DNA from: Macrostomum lignano
Lineage: Eukaryota
Length of the DNA: 64,000 bases
Reading direction: 5' to 3'
Assembly: GCA_002269645.1 (NCBI GenBank)
Contig: NIVC01002129.1
Location: forward strand, 62,001-126,000
This document shows positions 60,801 to 64,000 of the stretch, piece after piece. Numbering within the stretch: position 1 is the stretch's first letter; every line of letters begins with the position of its first letter. The notes under the pieces are model-generated. The model was given only the letters and a program-made list of their open reading frames with translations. It ran no database searches and was not told the DNA's origin. Position numbers and translations under genes: made by a program.

Positions 60801-62562
60801 GGTTGACAATCTGTACCGGAATAACTTTTTCTGATGTGATCAGGACCAATGCCGTTGGAATTAGAACTTCCTTTGTTGTTAGTAGTTTCTTTCTTGGTTC
60901 GAAAATCATAGCTTCTTCGACGTCTTCGTTATTTACTAGATAAGCCTTAACCCAACAAGTGCTTTCAGGCTGTATGAATACATCTTGTCGGAGATGAACT
61001 TTAGGTTGTAAATGAACTTGGCTGACCAATGGGTGTTCTACGTTGTCTAGTTTGAATTTCTGTTTGTTAAAATCAAATGTCAAGGGTAGATTCAGTTTTT
61101 GGAATGTGTCAATTCCAATGATAACATCTTGACTTGGAAGGTGGTCGATAACAAATGCTTGAACAGGGAGTTGTTTATTTGCCAGTTTGAGCATAATCCC
61201 AACTTGTCCAAGGATATTAAGCGCATGTCCACCTGCTCCAGCAACAGCGATGGATGATGGTCGCATTCGAAGTTGTAGTTTGTCATATAGTCTCTTAGTA
61301 ATGACAGTGATGGAGCTTCCAGAATCAAGCAGTGCTTTGCTGGGCCTGTTGTTGACAAGTACTTGAGCCATTGCTCTTCCCATATTGGCTTGGAGAGTAC
61401 AGACGTAGTTGGCTGGCCATTTTGGGTCGGTTGGTAGTGGAGGTGACATTGGCGGAGGAATTGCTGGCTTGAAATCGATTTTTGGATAAATGTTTGAGGT
61501 TTCTGGTGCTGTAGGTTCTGGTCGAATTTCTTGAACTTGCATAGGTGTCTCTTCGGTTGGTTCTTCTCCTGTAGTGGTAGTGTCTGTTTGTTTGATTATT
61601 TGAAAGATGCCTCGAGTTTGTGGACAATTTCTTGCTGCGCATCGGACTACTGTGACAAGAATGAGTAGCGCTAAGTAGATCCATACAATGCAAGCGCTGG
61701 AGAAAAGAAAACCTTGGTATAGACTTCCTCGTCCTTGTATTAGGTCCAGAAAGCTATTTGACCAAAACGATTGAATGGCATTGTGCATAGTCATTCCTAT
61801 TGGAGATGTAGGTCGATCTGCATCTCGTTGCTGTCGTTCCGTGAACAGTTTTGTCAGTACTTGCCGTTGTGAAATAAAAACCTGCAGGAAATCGTTGATA
61901 GTCCATCCTGGGGTGATTTCGTCTAGTTTAATATCTCCAAAGGGTTTGTATGTTGTTTTATTGAATTTTACTTGGAGGTCCGTCATTTCGTATGTCTCGT
62001 CAACAATAACTTGCGAGTTTGAAATGTTTTTAATATCGCCTGCCGACGAAATTTGGTGTAGTAGATCGTTTAAGTTGAAATAGTTGGCTGAGTTTGTACA
62101 TGGTCTTGGAATGGCGGTTCCAACAATAATATTGTGGACAGTGTCCAAAAATCCTCGGATGCGCCTTCCCTTGTAAAAGGCCTCGATTCGAGGTTTGTCG
62201 TAGCAGGTTGTTGTAGTATTTGATGGCAAGATGTTAAAGTGGTTGATCGGTGTACATTTATAGATTAGCAAATATCCGTAAACTGGAATTGCCAAGACAT
62301 CTTCAATACCTGTGATTTTCCTAAAGGTCGTCGTGGGATTGGCATAATAGTTCTGTCTTGCGTAATTTAGGCTGGTTTCGTGCATTCGGCACGTTAGTTT
62401 GACCATGGATCGATGCAGATAGTTCAGTTGCTTGTGTAGCTTATGTTCCATGGCGGCTAGTTTTGCTGCCAGAAGTCGTGCTGATACTAGAGAAGGCTTA
62501 GGTAGGTCTCGCTTATGTCGTTCTATGACATCTTCTCTCTGATAGGTTCCATTTACTACCAT
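57862..62562 (-). CDS. Env(gB-like C-terminal half + TM)-PR-RT-RNaseH-IN polyprotein, 1566 aa
   Basis: furin-like RHKR at aa 15-18; gB domain III/IV-like QLNYLHRSMVKLTC...ANPTT...GYLLIYKCTP...CYDKPRI...RGFLD...PCTNSANYF; TM LFSSACIVWIYLALLILVTVV; protease LLDSGS (about 61320); RT YVDD (60055-60066); RNase H ETDASG...ELLA...TDH...ADALSR; integrase HHCC, SLDITG, SDNG, VERFH and GPF motif. Confidence 0.97.
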   Translation of the reverse strand: MVVNGTYQREDVIERHKRDLPKPSLVSARLLAAKLAAMEHKLHKQLNYLHRSMVKLTCRMHETSLNYARQNYYANPTTTFRKITGIEDVLAIPVYGYLLIYKCTPINHFNILPSNTTTTCYDKPRIEAFYKGRRIRGFLDTVHNIIVGTAIPRPCTNSANYFNLNDLLHQISSAGDIKNISNSQVIVDETYEMTDLQVKFNKTTYKPFGDIKLDEITPGWTINDFLQVFISQRQVLTKLFTERQQRDADRPTSPIGMTMHNAIQSFWSNSFLDLIQGRGSLYQGFLFSSACIVWIYLALLILVTVVRCAARNCPQTRGIFQIIKQTDTTTTGEEPTEETPMQVQEIRPEPTAPETSNIYPKIDFKPAIPPPMSPPLPTDPKWPANYVCTLQANMGRAMAQVLVNNRPSKALLDSGSSITVITKRLYDKLQLRMRPSSIAVAGAGGHALNILGQVGIMLKLANKQLPVQAFVIDHLPSQDVIIGIDTFQKLNLPLTFDFNKQKFKLDNVEHPLVSQVHLQPKVHLRQDVFIQPESTCWVKAYLVNNEDVEEAMIFEPRKKLLTTKEVLIPTALVLITSEKVIPVQIVNPHQHPVKIYAGTCMGHLNTQASVMLIQHTKPTRMSKQQFLQQIDLSQSPITEGQKTQVRDLLWKYNDVFCHHDYDIGRSRDIKQKIELLPHQEPIQCKPYPVAKHLQQHFDEIIEKMLKAGIIKRTVSAYSSPCLLVEKKETNERRLVCDFRVLNKYIPTDQQSLPKISELLARLNTATLFTVFDLRHGFWQIELEEESKQYTAFKTYKGEVFAYQRSPMGISNSPATMSRLTAYMLAGCTNLLHYVDDILAFGDNFEQLLSVMEQALFLLQKQGLKLQPTKCKFCRESVRYLGHHVSARGISPDPNNVEKVKKFPKPTKLTKLQSFLGLAQYFRKFLPNFAQTAKPLYELLKLPKWKEENWKTEQQNSFDKIKQQLTSDALLKHPDFQKPFIIETDASGSGLGAVLLQETYQKKEKPIAFISRALRPNETKWSATERELLAILFALRQFHYYIYGSPLPTIIRTDHAPLTHVVKTKGQTNNRLIRMVLKIQDYNFHLIYKPGPTNKAADALSRAYEVNAVHPIPTMMDLLKAQQEDNFYKAVYEDTEEMQKPLTKIEKKFLRKQGNNLIFRELALYWLHNNTPRLYLPYNYRAAILHELHDTLLAGHLSAKKTIHRIAQFYFWPTMNADIRNYCLQCHSCASTKTGRRQKPELQSVPKTTTWDIVSLDITGPLPPARQHAIDYTYILTALDVFSKFAVAIPLPDITATTVAMAFYNEIICKYGTPKTLTSDNGTQFTSQLFQQAAKLLNIQQIFTSTYNPKANLVERFHRNLHEMLTHFVYKQPEDWIIYLQSVTMAYNSAVHRSTENTPFFLMFSRDFQPPSLLVQKLLPSQYVETPTTLQKFTSQLHLAWQIAKHNLENQQAVVTTSNHTSTLQVRDIVYLHYPAQHTHKHALKYKGPFRVTALVSATTARLANIQDPHQPQFYVHIQRLKRITNDTTFLPDLQNPDHTKQQINKLPLHTPKHKQQTHHLSVIRTT

Positions 62563-62566
62563 TTAC

Positions 62567-63070
62567 TAGTGGCTTGTAGGCTTCTTGGTTTGGCTTAGGT
62601 GACTCAGTACCTCCGGGAGTCCTTGACTTTTATCAATTGGACAGGTATGGTCCCTCAGAGATTGGTCTTCTTATTTCTTCAGTGTCTTCTTAGAGACCGC
62701 TCCGAGTCTGAATTTTTTACTTGAATTTTCACTTATATTTATAGCAAAATTTTGGAGAAAAACCGGTTTGGGATTGGGTATTTACTTAGGTCAAAAATGT
62801 TTGATTAAGCGGTCATGCATGTTTGAGCATTACCAGATATGGAATTAAGCAAATAAAACTCACGAGAACCGGTTTTTTGATCAAATAAACGTCGGTCCTA
62901 CGTAGGGCTCTGAGTCACTTCTGTTTGCATGTGACTCATTCTAAAATAGAATTTCTAAAAATAGATATGACTCATCATGACTCATTCTAAAATAGATTGC
63001 GAGTTTAAATTGATTTAGTTAGAATATTACTTTAAGTAGTGCGTTTTGTTATAACTTACTGTTCTCTACA
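62567..63070 (-). repeat. 5' LTR, missing the last about 110 bp (U5 side)
   Basis: near-identical to 55690-56195; joins directly to env-derived sequence. Confidence 0.92.
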
Positions 63071-63127
63071 GTGTGAAGTATATTATTATTAGTAAGTTTA
63101 TCTTGCTTAATACAACATCTAGATCTA

Positions 63128-63385
63128 GTTTTTTTCCACGATTTACATTAAAAACTACTTGTAGTAGAAACTTCTCAACCATTTGCTTTCCTGAATATCC
63201 AGGATTTTTTCCAGGATTTGTTTTCTAAGATTTTTCCGTAAAGCTTACTCATAGTAGTTTTTAATGTAAATCATGGAATATTATAAGTGTCAATATCAGC
63301 TTAGCTTAGTCCGCCGATGCCGTTAAGGTCCAGGTTTTTTTTCCACGATTTACAATAAAAACTACTTTTAGTAGAAGCTTCTCAA
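63128..63385. repeat. three-copy direct/inverted repeat cluster
   Basis: TTCCACGATTTACA(T/A)TAAAAACTACT at about 63134 and 63341 (direct); inverted copy AGTAGTTTTTAATGTAAATCATGGAA at 63253-63278. Confidence 0.8.
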
Positions 63386-63416
63386 GTAGTAACTCCGAGT
63401 TTTTTCTTGAGAGTCG

Positions 63417-63662
63417 CTAGGACTTCGCCTGCTTTCTTCTGGCCAGACAGCCAAGCACCTCCAAATCCTTCACGAAAACTTTAAGCTCATTAAATTGACG
63501 TCGCATTCTCTTCTCGTCGCCTTGCACATAAGCCATGCTCAACTTCTTTGCGTCGAAAAATCTAAAAAGAACTATTACGGAATTATAATGTGAATAAGAT
63601 AAAGTTGGTTTACTAGCAAATATCTTTAGTCTATTTCTACTCGCGTTTTCACAAAGCGACAA
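63417..63662 (-). CDS. hypothetical ORF, probably from the virus-like element
   Basis: non-repetitive 81-aa ORF; further partly open frame at about 63740-64000 (LRILNAIKSINSYDAVSTAVAIAAIGEEEQTSLFEIMRKVDQ); no motif recognised. Confidence 0.25.
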   Translation of the reverse strand: MSLCENASRNRLKIFASKPTLSYSHYNSVIVLFRFFDAKKLSMAYVQGDEKRMRRQFNELKVFVKDLEVLGCLARRKQAKS

Positions 63663-64000
63663 ATTAATTATAAGGTGAAAATTTTGTCAATAGTCTTTAG
63701 TAGTGAGCCAATAGAACAAAACGCAAAAAAATTTACCTTGTCCTGACGACAATTTCCTCATTCCTGATGTTGTTGAGGCTTTCCTTCAACCGGGCCATGA
63801 AGCGCTTCCCGGCGCTCCTTGTCGTTTTCAGAGGCGCTTGGCGTCTTCAGTTCGCTCTTTCTTGGCGGACGCTTGATCGACTTTACGCATTATTTCGAAC
63901 AGTGAGGTCTGCTCCTCTTCGCCAATAGCGGCAATCGCAACCGCCGTGCTTACAGCGTCTTAAGAGTTTATGCTCTTAATAGCATTTAGTATCTTAGTTG

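Larger units (their letters stand above)
55580..63070 (-). mobile_element. Ty3/gypsy LTR retrotransposon with gB-like env and two accessory double-RING genes; 5'-internal deletion (U5, PBS, gag, env N-terminus missing)
   Basis: LTR direct repeats 55690-56195 and 62567-63070, differing by about two A-run indels; candidate 4-bp TSD GTGT (55576-55579, 63071-63074); PR-RT-RH-IN order; left boundary inferred from the TSD and a TGAAG terminus shared with LTR2. Confidence 0.92.

Noticed and set aside
58124-62083. Small ORFs overlapping or antisense to the pol polyprotein
   Set aside because: Shadow frames of the long ORF with no independent motifs.
62545-62566. TGGTAGTAAATGG after the 5' LTR as a tRNA primer-binding site
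   Set aside because: It does not follow a CA LTR end, the 3' LTR continues about 110 bp further, and it is better explained as env sequence plus junction duplication.

Overview
Eukaryotic (animal) genomic DNA: it has spliceosomal introns and a TTAGGG tract, and the very minisatellite-rich texture suggests an invertebrate (my inference). 1-36 kb: one recognisable host gene on the + strand, a Goliath/RNF130-family signal peptide-PA-TM-RING-H2 E3 ligase (five well-supported exons, 9616-16237), among about 20 different tandem arrays and several MITEs. Most long ORFs in the track there are repeat artefacts. 30-48 kb: a nested transposon graveyard with MULE-like and TA-target MITEs, LINE RT fragments, a Merlin/ISXO2 transposase split by a solo LTR, Helitron-like ends and a Tc1/mariner derivative. 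43-64 kb: decayed genes of a Polinton-like/adintovirus-like endogenous virus (adenain protease, AEP Prim-Pol + PriCT-2, and a minor capsid gene split by a second solo LTR). Inserted into it is a young Ty3/gypsy element (55580-63070, minus strand). It encodes a herpes-gB-like envelope fragment fused in frame upstream of PR-RT-RH-IN. Between integrase and the 3' LTR it carries two paralogous accessory genes, each with two tandem Siah-like C3HC4 RING fingers. This env+RING retroelement is the best candidate for an undescribed system. All family calls come from motif recognition by eye; no database searches were run.
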